Assembly (NCBI RefSeq): GCF_009914755.1
Contig: NC_060926.1
Source: the human T2T-CHM13v2.0 reference genome, Homo sapiens
Strand: one strand, 5' to 3'
DNA length: 64,000 bases
Under the pieces are notes generated by a model. That model did no database searches and was not told the DNA's origin. It saw nothing but the letters and a program-made list of their open reading frames with translations. A program made the position numbers and the translations under genes. Positions 16,546 to 32,359 of this stretch are shown in pieces (within the stretch, counting starts at the first letter, position 1; each line of letters opens with the position of its first letter).

Positions 16546-16739
16546 GGGATGTCTCAGCTCAGCCTGCCTAAGTCACAAGAGTCCCCGTCACCTGGTGCAG
16601 CTCCTCTTCCCCTCCCTTCTCTGCCTCTCCTGTCAGGACCCACCAGCAGCTTGGACGCACCCAACAAGGCTCTGCCCAGGCTGGAACTCAGACACATCTG
16701 GGAGGCACAGATGTGTCTGAGTTTTATCCAAGCTTTATC

Positions 16740-16860
16740 TCACCAAGGCCCCATAACCTCATGAGGTAGGCACCAAGATAATTCCCGTTTTATAGGCAGG
16801 AAAACTTGAGCTCAGAGAGGCTGAGTGACTTGCCCAAGTCACACAGCCAGTAAACAACCA
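16740..16860 (-). mobile_element. MIR SINE fragment
   Basis: 'gaaaacttgagctcagagaggctgagtgacttgcccaagtcacacagccagtaa'. Confidence 0.75.
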
Positions 16861-17240
16861 ACTTCAACAACTCTGCACAGCAGTGGTTTCCAGACTTGTT
16901 TGATTATGTTCTGCTATCAGGAAGAAACAACTCTTGGCACACACCTTCAGGATAATTATGCTTCCACAAATCATATACATGTGTGACTGAAATCTGTGTA
17001 TTAAATGTTAGCAAATATCTGCACTCCTATTCTCATCCCATCATTCAAACCAGATCATTCAAACAGAACACACTCCCCAAGTCTCCATTCCAGCCAGGCC
17101 ATCTCAGCAAAGAGACAAGGGGGGAACTGGGCCGAGCTTAGAAGGAAAAGCAGGCCTCAGGCAGAAGGATATATTTGGGAAAGGGCATTCCAAACACAAG
17201 GAACAACTTGAGCAAAACTGAAAACGCAGGAAATGGGCTG

Positions 17241-17584
<344 letters not shown>

Positions 17585-18114
17585 TCATAGATATTGTAGA
17601 TCCGACAGAAGGGGAGAATTGGAAAACTGCGTGATTCAATATCTGGCACACAGCAGGTGCTCAGTAAATGGCAGTTGCTGTCATTATTAGAATGCTCCAT
17701 TCTCCCTGCTCTGCCTAAAGAAACCGAACTAACCCTTTGATATCTAGTATCTCTAGTTCAGACTTCACTTTTGAGGATGTCAGTAAACATACCTCCCCTG
17801 GGCTTGCCTAGCTCTGGACTCACAGTGGTAATATAGCACTTAGCACATCATGTGATGGTCACTTGCATATATGTCTGTCCCCCCAGCCACCTATCACTTC
17901 TGTGCTCCTGTACTATTATACACACTTAGTGGGCCTGGAAAGCTTCCTGTGACCTGGTTCGAAGTGGCAGAAAAAGAGAAATAACATTAGAAGAGAAAGG
18001 GAAAAAGGAGGAAGAAACAGCCGCGTATTTCCGGGCACTTTGCTAAGCTCTTCACTTGTGTTATTTAGTGCATAATCTCATCACTAGGTAATCTCTTCAA
18101 CCCAATGAGGTAGG

Positions 18115-18840
18115 TGTATCAGTCAGGAGACGCTAGTTTATGCTGCAGTAACAAACATCCCAATGTTTTGGGGGGTTCGTTTTGTTTTAGAGACAGGGTC
18201 TCGCTTTGTCGTCAAGGCTGCAGTCTGGAACTCCTGGCCTCGAACAATTCTCCTGCCTCCCGAGTAGCTGGGACCACAGGTTTGCGCCACCATACCAGGC
18301 TAATTTTTTTATTTTTTGTAGAGACAGGGTTTTCCTATGTTGCTTGGAACACACAAATCCTAGGCTGCTCTCAAACTCCTGGGCTCAAGTAATCCACCTG
18401 CCTACACCTCCCAGCGTGCTGGGATTACAGGCATGAGCCACTGGGCCTGGCCCATCCCAATGTTTTGGTGGCTTAAAACAGCAAAGATTTATTTCTGTCA
18501 TGGCAAATGAGCACTGCAGATGACTTGGAGGATCCTGAGCTGTGTTGTGCTAGCCCAGAGACCCGGGCTTAAGGAGGCTTCATATCAACAGCATTGCAGA
18601 TGATCACACGGTAGCAAGAAGGGGCTATGGGGATTCACACATTTGCTCTTATTGCTGCTACCTGGAAGGGAGATGTATCCATTCTACTCACATTTCTTTG
18701 GCCAAAGCAACTCACATGGCCACACTTACTTCAAGGGGGTAGTGAAGTTACCAGGCGAGTGAAGTTACCAGGTAATGAAGTTGCCAGGCCTGCACCCCCA
18801 ACTCTGTGTCATGAAGGCCACCATCCCCAGGTGTGCTAGC
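18115..18840 (-). mobile_element. MLT1-type (ERVL-MaLR) solo LTR interrupted by an Alu
   Basis: Begins 'tgtatcagtcagga...tatgctgcagtaacaaac'; later 'ttggccaaagcaactcacatggccac', typical of antisense MLT1. Confidence 0.75.
18172..18452 (-). mobile_element. Alu (AluJ-like, rearranged)
   Basis: Antisense Alu; TSD catcccaatgttttgg at 18156 and 18453. Confidence 0.88.
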
Positions 18841-19440
18841 AGCCACTCCAAACTGTGCCACCCAAAGCCCCCTTGTGGCAAAGAGTGGACCCTACCCCTC
18901 CAAAGGCTGTCCATCTCCCCTTTCCCTGGAACACTCCCCCCATAGTATCAGCACACAAGAATCTGGGTCAGTCCTTATCTTCTAGCAAAACTGAACTCAT
19001 CAAGGAATCCAGCCTTGACTTTGGTTAAGCATAAAATCACAACCATATTTCACAGACACGGTGGGTCCGGCAACCAGCAAGGGGGGGCGGTGGAGAAAAC
19101 CAAGGACAGCTGGCTTGGGGTTGGAATGCGATTTTTTATCAAATAATCACATGCTATGTGCAGGCTGGGATCACACGCTTGAGGTTGCACCACGAAGAGA
19201 GTCTGCCCCATGTGTTTCCCAGCACCCATTACCTGTTTTTCCCATCATTGCTTAAAAAGGAGATTCTGTGGGCTCTGAAGGCAAGTCAGCTATGGTACGT
19301 GTGTGTGCAAGGGACGGTCAGCCAGAGAGGTGCAAACCCACAAGGAGAGCCTCTTGGGAACACAGCCCCTGCTGGTCCCTGGAGAGGGAAGGACAGGTTT
19401 CTGTCTAGCTTCTGAGTCCAGGTTTAAGAAAAGCCTTGCA

Positions 19441-20921
<1,481 letters not shown>

Positions 20922-22284
20922 TAAAAATTATATTTTTAAATAAAAAAAAGAAAAGGCTTTCCACATCCAGAATTGTGTACTAAGCCTCCCTCCCTCTGAG
21001 AAATAGCATATACAGATGCCCACAGCTATGGGCCTTCTTCCTTCTTCTGCTCCAGGGGCAAGTAAAAGGAGGTGCAGTGAGGCAAAGGGGTGGAGGCTCA
21101 GGAGAGTGATAGGGGAAGAAATGAGCAGAGTTTCAGGAGATGAAACAGAGCAAAAGTTTGAGGTCTGAGACCAGTGAGATTCAGAGGCAGGGGCTGCTGG
21201 GGGCAGGGACTGTGGGGGCAGGGGCGGTAGGGAATGGAGGAAAGAGCATGGATCTGGGGCTCTGCTGCTCACCAGTTAGGTGACCTGGGCAATCCCCAGG
21301 CCTCTCTAAGCCTCAGTTTCCTGAGCTAGTGGAAGCCCCTAGGTCACAGGGCTATTGTAGGGATGGGTGTGCTCCTGAGGAAAACTAGCATGAGCTTGGC
21401 ACCAGGCAGGTGAGGCCATGTGCTGCTCTCTGGGCCCCCAGCTTCTGTCCCCCAGACCCTGGTGTCAGACAGGACCTGGTGAGAAATCCTTGCGGCCCTA
21501 GCCTGCCTAAGCTGTGGAGGGGCTTGTCCAGGACCTGCCAGGCAGAGGCTGCAGAAGGGTTCACTTGGCCTTTTCAGTCCCTCTCAGTCCCTTACTGTCT
21601 GCCTCTCAAGAACATCCTGGCACTTGCTGCTCCACAGCCCTGCTGGGGTCCTGGGTGGGACTTTCTGGGGGCAGAGGAAGAAATTCCAGGGCCTGCCCTT
21701 GACGAGCTCATAGTCTAACTGGGAAGAGAGTAGTGGCTCACTATCCAGAAAACATGGAAAAGAGACTGTGGTTTGGAGAAAGCAGGAAGCGTTCAGAAGC
21801 GGGAGGCAGAACAGGGGAAGGCGCTGGAGCCTGAAGGATGGAGCGGACCAAGTGCAGAGGGGATGGAGGGCACTGCAGGCAGGAGGCACAGCGAGAAGAA
21901 TGGCCTGGAGGGTTGGATGGGGAACACGGGGTCCTAGAGACGGAAGCAGGGTCCAGGCTGTGAGTGGTGGGGCCGCCTCAGCTGGGGAGTTATGGTAAGG
22001 ATAAACAGAAGGGCTCTGGGGCCGCCCAGAGTGCATACCCCCCAGGGTGCAGACGGGGGAACAGCAATTGTCTCTGAGGGGGATCCTCACCTCCCTATCT
22101 CATCGGCCTAGGAGACAGGACCTCACTTGACTGGCCCACAGCCAGGCCCTGGCTGTGTTGACAAATGGGTCCTTCCCCCTGGCCTGGTGAGCTGAGATGT
22201 GGCATTGTTAAGCTGCAAGTGAGTCACAGAACTTTTCCTTCCCTTTCTTCCTCTCTGCCCTGCTTGTCCCACACCCTGCTCATT

Positions 22285-22290
22285 TTTTTT

Positions 22291-22339
<49 letters not shown>
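22285..22339. repeat. Compound T(n)-(TC)n-(CA)n microsatellite
   Basis: Directly visible. Confidence 0.95.
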
Positions 22340-22343
<4 letters not shown>

Positions 22344-23414
22344 CTTTCAGAACCTGTGAACTATAAATAAGTGCTTTATCACCATAAATGACTTGATCCA
22401 GGCTAGGGTCGTGAGGGGCTTGGCTCAGGTTCCTGGGCATGTGGATACCTGCAGAGTGGGTTCCTGAGCACGTGAGGGCACAAGCGTGCAGTCTCGGACA
22501 AGGTGGAGTCTCAATGTGTGAGCTTGCTGAGGCCAGGGCAGTGTCTGGGAAGGGAGTGGAGGCATCTTTGTGTCTGTGGGGTTGTGGTGGGAGGGAGGTT
22601 TCGGGGGCTGTGAGGCGAGCACAGGCGTGTGTGCTGTCTATGCCCCCAAGGGGACAGGGCGTGGGTGGAGAACGTATTTGTGCCCGAGGTGTGTCCGCAG
22701 GGATATCCGTGTGGTGAGTGTGGGAGGAGGGGCGCTGGGCATGGAGGAAGTGTTTCTGTCTGTCTGTGTGTGTGTTGTGGGGGTGGCGGGGATTGGCGGG
22801 GGTGGGTTGTGCCTGGCCAGCCAACCTTTACATCTGGTTCTGCAGGATGTGAAAAGGTTTGTGACTGAGGCCAGTGGCACACCCTCCAGTCGGATCAGAG
22901 GGTTGGAGATAAACCCAAGTGAGCAAGCATTGGTGGCTGTGGCCGTGTGGTGTCCCATTCCTGGGGGGCTCCAGGAGATAGGGAAGCTCATCTGACTTCC
23001 TGAGGGCCTGGCAGCCCCTCCTGCCCTCCTCAAGGTGGTCCATCTGCCACGCCAAGCCCAGCCAGAGAGAAGGGGCACCCGGAGCACAGTGCCTGTGACT
23101 CTGCAGGCAGGGCACCGGCGGGCACCCAGGGAGGACCTGCTCTGTTCCCACTCACGAGCCCCTCCCACCTGACGCCGCCCCAGCTAGACTGAGAACCCCA
23201 GGAGGCAGGGCTTGACTTTTCTTTCTTCTCCCAGCCTCAGTCTCCCCAGATGTCAAAGGAGGACAATGATCTCTACAGAGAGGGGCTAACTGCACCGGGG
23301 TGAGCTTGGCGTCGTGGCTGGCAGGGAACGGAGGCTCCCTTCCTTCACCTCCCAGCCTCCAAAGAAAAGGTTCAGTTGAGGCCTCCTTGGGGGTGGGTGC
23401 GGGTCCTTGGGCCA

Positions 23415-23430
23415 TCTCTAGGGGGCGCTG
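23415..23430 (+). promoter_or_regulatory. Candidate CTCF site TCTCTAGGGGGCGCTG
   Basis: Matches CTCF core CCACTAGGGGGCGC at 12 of 14 positions. Confidence 0.5.
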
Positions 23431-24149
23431 ACAGTCAGCCAGCACGTGCCTGCACCTGTCCCTAGTTAAATGAGCAAAAGACAGCTGAAAAAAAGAACCC
23501 AGGCAGGCCTTGGGGCAGGGCAGAGGGTCTTGAGGCTAAGTGTGAATGGGGGATGGAAGTTCAGTGGGGCGTGACTGGAGGGTTTGTCTGGGGCATGTGT
23601 GACTTCTGTCACCCACTGGCCTAAGAAAGAGCACCAAAGGCCCTTCTGTGAATAAACTCTCAGGCTAACGCAGGCTGGGCTTCATGGAAGGGATGGAAGG
23701 GAAGGTAGTCCTTGGATGTTTGGTTGAGGCCCCACTCCTCCTGGGATGGTGGAAGGAGGGCAATGAGGCATCAATGGGGTTTCCTTCTTTCCCTCTCCTT
23801 TGCGAGCCTCACCAAGGCAGGCCTGCCACCTGGAGCCCCTCAAGGAGATGAGAATCCACAGTCCCCGTGCCAGGAGGTGGCAGCAGGCAGAGTGATGGGC
23901 CCTGGAGGGAGGGCTCACTTGGGGCACTCTCGCCTTTTAAAGGCGGCTGCTTTCTCCTGGGATTACCCCCATGATTTGGGGTCCCTGGGGGCAATGCCAT
24001 GGCCTCCATGCAACCAGGCCTCCTGAGTGGCTGCATTGCTGGCAGGGAGGTAGCTCTAAGGTCAATTCTGAACCTGCCTCCCTCCAGCACTGCCCATCCA
24101 TAAAGGGCATCTGTGCCCAGGCAACACCCACCCACCTGGGGCTTGGGGA

Positions 24150-24435
24150 GCCGGGGCTGCTGCAAACACAGTGCCGCAGTGAAAGTGGGACAAACGCGCC
24201 TGTGTGCATCCTGGCCGAGGTGCCGGAGGAAGCGTGGTCGGGGCAGAAGTGTTAATGGGCCTCCTTCCTGCCGTGCCCTGCCCGTGCCAGCTCCTCGGTG
24301 CTCATCCCGGCTCCCTGAAATGCTCGCTTCCACTCAGGGCCAGCGCACTCCCTCCACGTCCCTGGCCGCAGATCTGTCCTGCTTTGACAAATAACCCGCT
24401 CAGCCTTCGGGTTTATGGTTTTTCCGTGCGCCTTC
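24150..24435. promoter_or_regulatory. Small CpG-enriched island / candidate enhancer
   Basis: About 20 CpGs in ~290 bp of non-Alu DNA; ETS-like GAGGAAG, TTAATGG and TTTATGG motifs. Confidence 0.5.
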
Positions 24436-24818
24436 CTTCATGTGGTTGGGAACCAAGCTCTGGTCTCCAGAGCTGTGTGGGGCTGGGAATGGCGCCTGGA
24501 CCTGCAGGGCTCCCCAAGCAACAGTGCAGGGGGACTGGAATCCTGCTCTCAGGGAGACAGGGCCCATCAGGGAACCACGTAGGAGGGCCAGCGCCGCATG
24601 CTAAAGGGGCATAGGCAAGGGAAGGGGTCTGCAGGGACAGTCTGCAGGAGCCAGGAGGGCTTCCTGAAGGAGGCTGAGCTTGAAGGATGGAGGGGCCAAA
24701 GGAGACCATTCCAAAAGCAGACAGCACCAGCCCACAGGATGGTGAGCAGCAACTGCAAGAAGAGAAGCTTGGGCACTCGTGGGTTTGTTTTTATTTTTGC
24801 TTTTAAATGTAATATTTG

Positions 24819-25137
<319 letters not shown>

Positions 25138-25453
25138 CTAAGTAAGTCTCATGAGTTCATTATCTCATTAATTTTCACAAAAACTCGCAAGTACTGTCAA
25201 CCTCATTTTATAGGTGACAATCCTGGGGCCCAGGAGATAAAGTAGCATGCCTTGGGGGAGAGCTGGTTAGTGGCAGAACAAGGATGGAAGCCCTGGCAGG
25301 CATCCAAGGCAGGATCCACATGTTAAAGAGAAACCACTACACTGCACATTCTGGTCAGTCACTGTTGGACTTTTGCATTTGAGCCAGGGCTACCCATCTG
25401 GTGTCCCTGAGTCCCTGGGTCTGCCCCAGGAGGGCCAAGGAGGAATCAACTAA

Positions 25454-26241
<788 letters not shown>

Positions 26242-26295
26242 ATTTTAAAAAAATTAAAGCACAGATGAAGGTATCCTTGCAGATGGTCATTTGTC

Positions 26296-26611
26296 TTTTT
26301 TTTTTTTTTTTTTTTTTTTTGAGACGGAGTCTTGCTCTGTCACCCAGGCTGGAGTGAAGTGGCACAATCCGGGCTCACTGTAAGCTCCACCTCCCGAGTT
26401 CACACCATTCTCCTGCCTCAGCCTCCTGCGTAGCTGGGACTACAGGCATGTGCCACCACGCCCAGTTAATTTTTTTTTTTTTTTTGTATTTTTAGTAGAG
26501 ACGGGGTTTCACCATGTTAGCCAGGATGATCTCGATCACCTGACCTCATGATTCGCCTGCCTCGGCCTCCCGAAGTGCTGGGATTATGGGGGTGAGCCAC
26601 CACGCCCAGCC
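26296..26611 (-). mobile_element. Alu (AluY-like)
   Basis: Antisense; 'aagctccacctcccgagttcacaccattct', 'gttagccaggatg'; TSD catttgtc. Confidence 0.93.
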
Positions 26612-26965
26612 CATTTGTCCTTTTTTTAATCAAAAGATTTTAAAAGTACAAGTACTGCCACAGAGTGCAGGTCTGCAAAGTGTTTCGACTCTACAAAAGA
26701 GTGTTTGTATTTTAAAAGTTCAGGAACCATTTTACGGACTAAGACACTGAGGCCCTAGGAGATAGGGCTTCTTGGCCAAGTTGCAGAGCCAGCTGGGGCC
26801 CAGGGAGTTTAATCCAAGTGGTGTGGGTCTCCCTTTCTCTCTGTTCAGGGAAGTGCCCCCTTCATCCCCTCAGAGAAGGGCCCCAGGACTGCAGGACAGG
26901 CCATGGGGGGTGCAACCTTGGGAGGCATGAAGCTTGAGGAACTGAAGGGCTAGGAGAAATTCAAG

Positions 26966-27266
<301 letters not shown>

Positions 27267-28119
27267 GAAATTCAAAGGCAAGGTTAGACTGTCTCTTAAC
27301 AGACTGGGGACAACCCCAAGAAATAAGAAGGCACCCCCAGCCTCACCTGTTATTTACTTCTCAGAGCCTTCTGTGAGTCCAGCATTTGCAGGTCCTGCCA
27401 TGGAAGAAGCCGGCTCTGGGTGGACAAGCAGGAAGACAGGAGGGTGGCCCTGGGTATACCATACCACTGGGCTCATGATATAGACCCCCCAGTGGAAGGA
27501 AGCAAAGGAAAGACATTTCTGGGACATTTAGTGTAGGCCCAGCACTGTGTTTTTACAAGCGAGTATTTTTGTTTTTAATCTCAACAACCCTATGACTCCC
27601 ATTTATACAGATACACCTCAGACCAGTGAAAAGCAGTTAAAAGGCAGAGCCGGCACTTAAACTTGACCCCACAACGTGGCCTGATCTGTGTTCTGGGGGT
27701 CTCCCCAGGCGCCGAGCTGCCAGGAGAAGGGTTGCCAGAGGGAAAGAGGAGGAGGTGTTGGCCCAGCCCCCACAGCCCCAGCCCAGGCGAACATCCTCTC
27801 AGCCTGCCTTTATTGTTCACAAAACCGAAAAAGTGATGATGGTTTTCCTTCCTCTCTTTAAGAAAACAACAGAATCAAAACAAACAGAGAAGGGGAACTC
27901 CCCTCCTGTAGCTTTTGCCAGAAATGAAAGGAAGAAATAATCCCCGTCATGACCTGGGCCGCCTCACTGCTGCAACAGGGTCTGGGAGGGGAAGAGAAAA
28001 ACCCCTGCCCCCCGACCATAAAACCCAGAGTTTCTGCTTCCTGATACTGATACAAGCTCAACCTCACCCCCAGCAAATCCCTCACTGTCCTCTGTCCATC
28101 ACCTCACACCGAAGATCTG

Positions 28120-28152
28120 ACACACACACACACACACACACACATACACACA
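28120..28152. repeat. (CA)n microsatellite
   Basis: Directly visible, one interruption. Confidence 0.93.
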
Positions 28153-29385
28153 GCTGAAGCAGCTGAAACTTCCCAAAGAGCTTTAGTAAATCCTAAGGAA
28201 GGGCAAAGAGGAAATAAAAACATACAAGTCCAGGAAATAAAAACAGCCCTCAAAATGCATTCCAGCATGTTTGACCCCCCATAGTCACTTCCCACTTGAG
28301 GCTCCCAGGTCCTACCCCATTTCTCACTCCAGAGCTACCTGCACTGAGGCCCCCAAAGGACTAGAATAGCCTCACAGGGTCCTTTCCAAGCTCTAGATTT
28401 GGGCTTGCCTGTATCTCAGCTGCCTCAACAATCAAAGTCTAGAGCAGTGTAGAGCTTATGGTAATACAGGACACCAGATCCCATCCTCACAGGAGCCCTC
28501 TCATTCATAACTTAATATAGCTTTTAATTCCAGATAGCTTGTGCTGATTGGCTCACTTGGAGTGACTGGCAGCCTTCAGAGATCACTCTGTCCACAGTAC
28601 ACAGGGTTGTGGCCTTAAAGGCTCAGCAAGGTCATCATTTCTGAGCCTACAGTAACAGCCCTGTGGTCTCACAGAATGGGACCACCTGGTCAGCCTCATT
28701 CTTTAACAGGGACTCTAGGGCCCATAGCACCTTTTGAAAACTTCTGGATAAATTAAGGAATTTGTCTGTGGTCTGGATTCAAGGTCAGCGGGAGAACAGT
28801 TTTTCTCCATTATTACTAATTAGCCTCAGCAAAGACTAAATGACTACTTAGTAATATACTCAGTACTGTACCTGGTCCTGTGGGAAATGTACATATGAAG
28901 ATAGATGAGTCTCAAAGCCTCTCAGGGGCAAGAGAAGGATGGAGGCAGGGAGAGGTTTCTGCCTAAACAATCAGAAAAGAGTCTATATGAAAACTCCTCT
29001 AAGAGCTGTTGGAGGGTTGGAGGGGATAAGGCAGCATGTGTGACATTGCTAACTGTTTGAGGATTATGGACCACAATGACCTGAGCTCCCTGAGGTCAGA
29101 AAATGTCTTGCCCCTTTTGGGTCTCAGGACTGATAGGTCCTGCACTTAGGAGGGGCTCAATTGGCATCTGTTGGGTGAATCACCATTTTCTGGCTTCACT
29201 GGCAGCAGATGGTCAGAGGAGGTCAAGCAATGATTATTCTCCTGAAGAAGAGACCAGACCAGGGCTGAAGCCAGATCTTCTACCTCTCTGAGCAATCCCT
29301 TTTTCTCAGCAGCCTCAATGCCCCACTCAGCCTTCAACCTTTCTCAACTGAACAGCAAGATAGTTATCCTCCTTTGCATTGTGGC

Positions 29386-29681
29386 TTTTTTTTTTTTTTT
29401 TTCGAGACGGAGTCTAGCTCTGTCACCAGGCTGGAGTGCAGTGCGCGATCTCGGCTCACTGCAACCTCCACCTTCTGGGTTCAAGCAATTCTGCTGCCTC
29501 AGCCTCCCAAATAGCTCGGATTACAGGCACGCGCCGCCACACCCAGCTAATTTTTGTATTTTTAGTAGAGACAGGGTTTCACCATGTTGGCCAGGATGGT
29601 CTTGATCTCCTGACCTCGTGCTCCACCCAACTCGGCCTCCCAAAGTGCTGGGATTACAGGTGTGAGCCACTGTACCCAGCC
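29386..29681 (-). mobile_element. Alu (AluSc-like)
   Basis: Antisense Alu with 'caggatggtcttgatctc'. Confidence 0.95.
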
Positions 29682-30022
29682 TGCACTGTATTTTTAATAT
29701 ATTCTCCAAGTGGCCTCTGGAGTTATTGTGCCAAAACACAGGTCAGATTATGTAATTCCCTTCCTCAGAAGCCTTTGCTGGCTCCCCATTGCCTGATGAA
29801 TAAAGTCCTGGCTCTTTAGCCTGGCAATTAAGGCTGTTACTGCTGCTTCTCCCATCCCTCCATCCCCTGGAACTGGAATAAGCAGAGTGGCTAAAGGCTC
29901 AGGCTCCACACACAGGCTCCTGAGTTAAGATTCTGGCTCCACTCCAGAGCCTCTTTCTGAGCCTCTGTTTCCTGTTTATAAAATGGAAATAAGAAGAATG
30001 TCCACCTGTGAGGATTAAATAA

Positions 30023-30364
<342 letters not shown>

Positions 30365-30372
30365 TAGAGATA

Positions 30373-31065
30373 CAGTAGGCCCTCCCTATCCTCAGGCTCC
30401 ACATCAATGGATTCAACCAACCACGGATGGAAAGTATACTAAAAACATGATAAAAATAACAATACAATGAAAAATGATACAACATTTTAAAATACAGCAT
30501 AATAAATATTTACATAGCACCCAGGCCTAGTGGCACACGCCTGTAATCCCAACACTTTGGGAGGCTGAAGCAGGAGGATTGCTTGAGCCTGGAAGTTCAA
30601 GACCAGACTGAGCAACATAGAGAGATCGTAGCTGTACAAAAAATTTTTTTAATGAGCTGGGCGTGGTGGTGTGTCCCTGTAGTCTCAGCTAATCCAGAGG
30701 CTGAGGTAGGAGGATCATTTGAACCTGGGAGGTCGAGGCTGCAGTGAGCCATGATCAAGCCACTGCACTCCAGCCAGGGGCCACAAAGCAATACCTTATC
30801 TCTACAGGAAAAAAAAAAAAAATACATAGCATTTACATTGTATTAGGTATTATAAGTAATCTAGAGATAATTTAAAGTATACCTGAGTCATTCATGCCTG
30901 CTTAGCCAAAAATAAAGTATGCAAGAAGTTAGGTGTGGGTTATTTGTAAATACTATGCCATTTTATATCAGGGACTTGAGCTTCTGTGGATTTCAATATC
31001 CATGGGAGTCTTGGAACCAATCCCCCCGCCACAATACCCCTAGGATACAGAGGGAGGGACAACTG
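30373..31065 (-). mobile_element. MER2 (TcMar-Tigger non-autonomous DNA transposon), split by an AluJ
   Basis: Termini 'cagtaggccctcc...' and '...gggacaactg'; internal 'tttacattgtattaggtattataagtaatctagaga' and 'ccattttatatcagggacttgagc' match the recalled MER2 consensus. Confidence 0.85.
30520..30822 (+). mobile_element. Alu (AluJ-like) inside MER2
   Basis: Sense Alu; TSD tacatagca. Confidence 0.92.
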
Positions 31066-32359
31066 TTCACAGAGGAGCTCCCAACACTTGTTGGGTTTCC
31101 TCAACATTGCAAGGATGATAGTTTTGTCTTCTCCAATGGCCCAGGAAGCTTTTTGAGGGCAGGTACCATGTGATACTTGCCTTGTGTCCACACCCACACC
31201 ACCCCCATTGTGGACCACTGGACCATTGTGGGAGCTCAGTTCTATGGACTGAGTGGTTCTGTAGACCCAACAGTGGATAGGGCCAAGACAGGGGGCCTGG
31301 GAGATTGTGGATATCATCACCCCCTGGCCCTGGTGCACTCATACTCAGTTCTTAAGACCCAGCTCTTTCTGACTCCTCCAGAAAGACTTCTCTGTCCCTC
31401 AGGCTGGGTCAGGCCCCTCAGCGTCCCACTGCACACATGGCAGATAAGTCTTGATCGATGTGCTGTGATAAAGCAGTTATCTGTGTGTACAGCTGGCTCC
31501 CCAAGAGACCGTGCCCTCCCTTCTCACTATTCTCTGGAGTCAGGCTCTGTAGCAGCCCAACATGGTTTTGATGAATGAATTAATAAATTTGCTCTGTGAT
31601 CATGAGCAAATTCCCTCTGTCCTGTTCTCAACAACGGGAAGGCACTATCTTTACTAGATAAGTGAGAGGAAGGGGCCCGGAGGTGGAGGAGGCAGGGCCA
31701 GAGGAGGAATGGAGTGGCTCGTGACACCCACTGTGGGCAGATGGGATCTGTTAGGAGTGGCTTTGGCTCACTGGGGCAGGCCAGGGTGGAGAACTGTCAC
31801 ATACCCTGGTGTACCTCTGGCAAGGAGCTCTGGTGCCATGTGGGAATAGAAGTGCATGGTCCCTTGGCAAGGCTAACGTTTTGTTTTTAAAGAAGTCTGT
31901 GTTTCCAGCCTCTTCCTATCTAGTGACCTGGTCCCTGAGACCTGCCCACCCTCCCGGGCCATAGCACCAGCCATGCGACCTTGAACCGGTCACCACTCAT
32001 CCCTGAACCTCCAAGTTCTCAGCTCTACTGACAGGGCTGCAGTGCCTTCATGGGCTGGTGCCTGCCTGGGAGGGAGCCCAGGGATAGAAGCCTGGTTCGC
32101 TGGCCACCTCCCGCTGGGGCGTTGGCCCAGGCTGCCAGGTTTCACGTTTCAGCTTTCAGAGTGTTTTCTTGTCTAGGGCACTTTCTATTTTTCAATACTT
32201 TTCCTATCACAGCCAAACAACAAAAAAGGAAATTGGTTGAGCCTTCTGAAGACCAAGGTCTGGGAGGGTGGGGGTGGGCAGAACCCACCATGGGAAAAGC
32301 TGGAGTCAGGGCTGAGGGAGGAGAGGCCTCTCCACCCGATTCCCCAGCACCCCTGCTCC

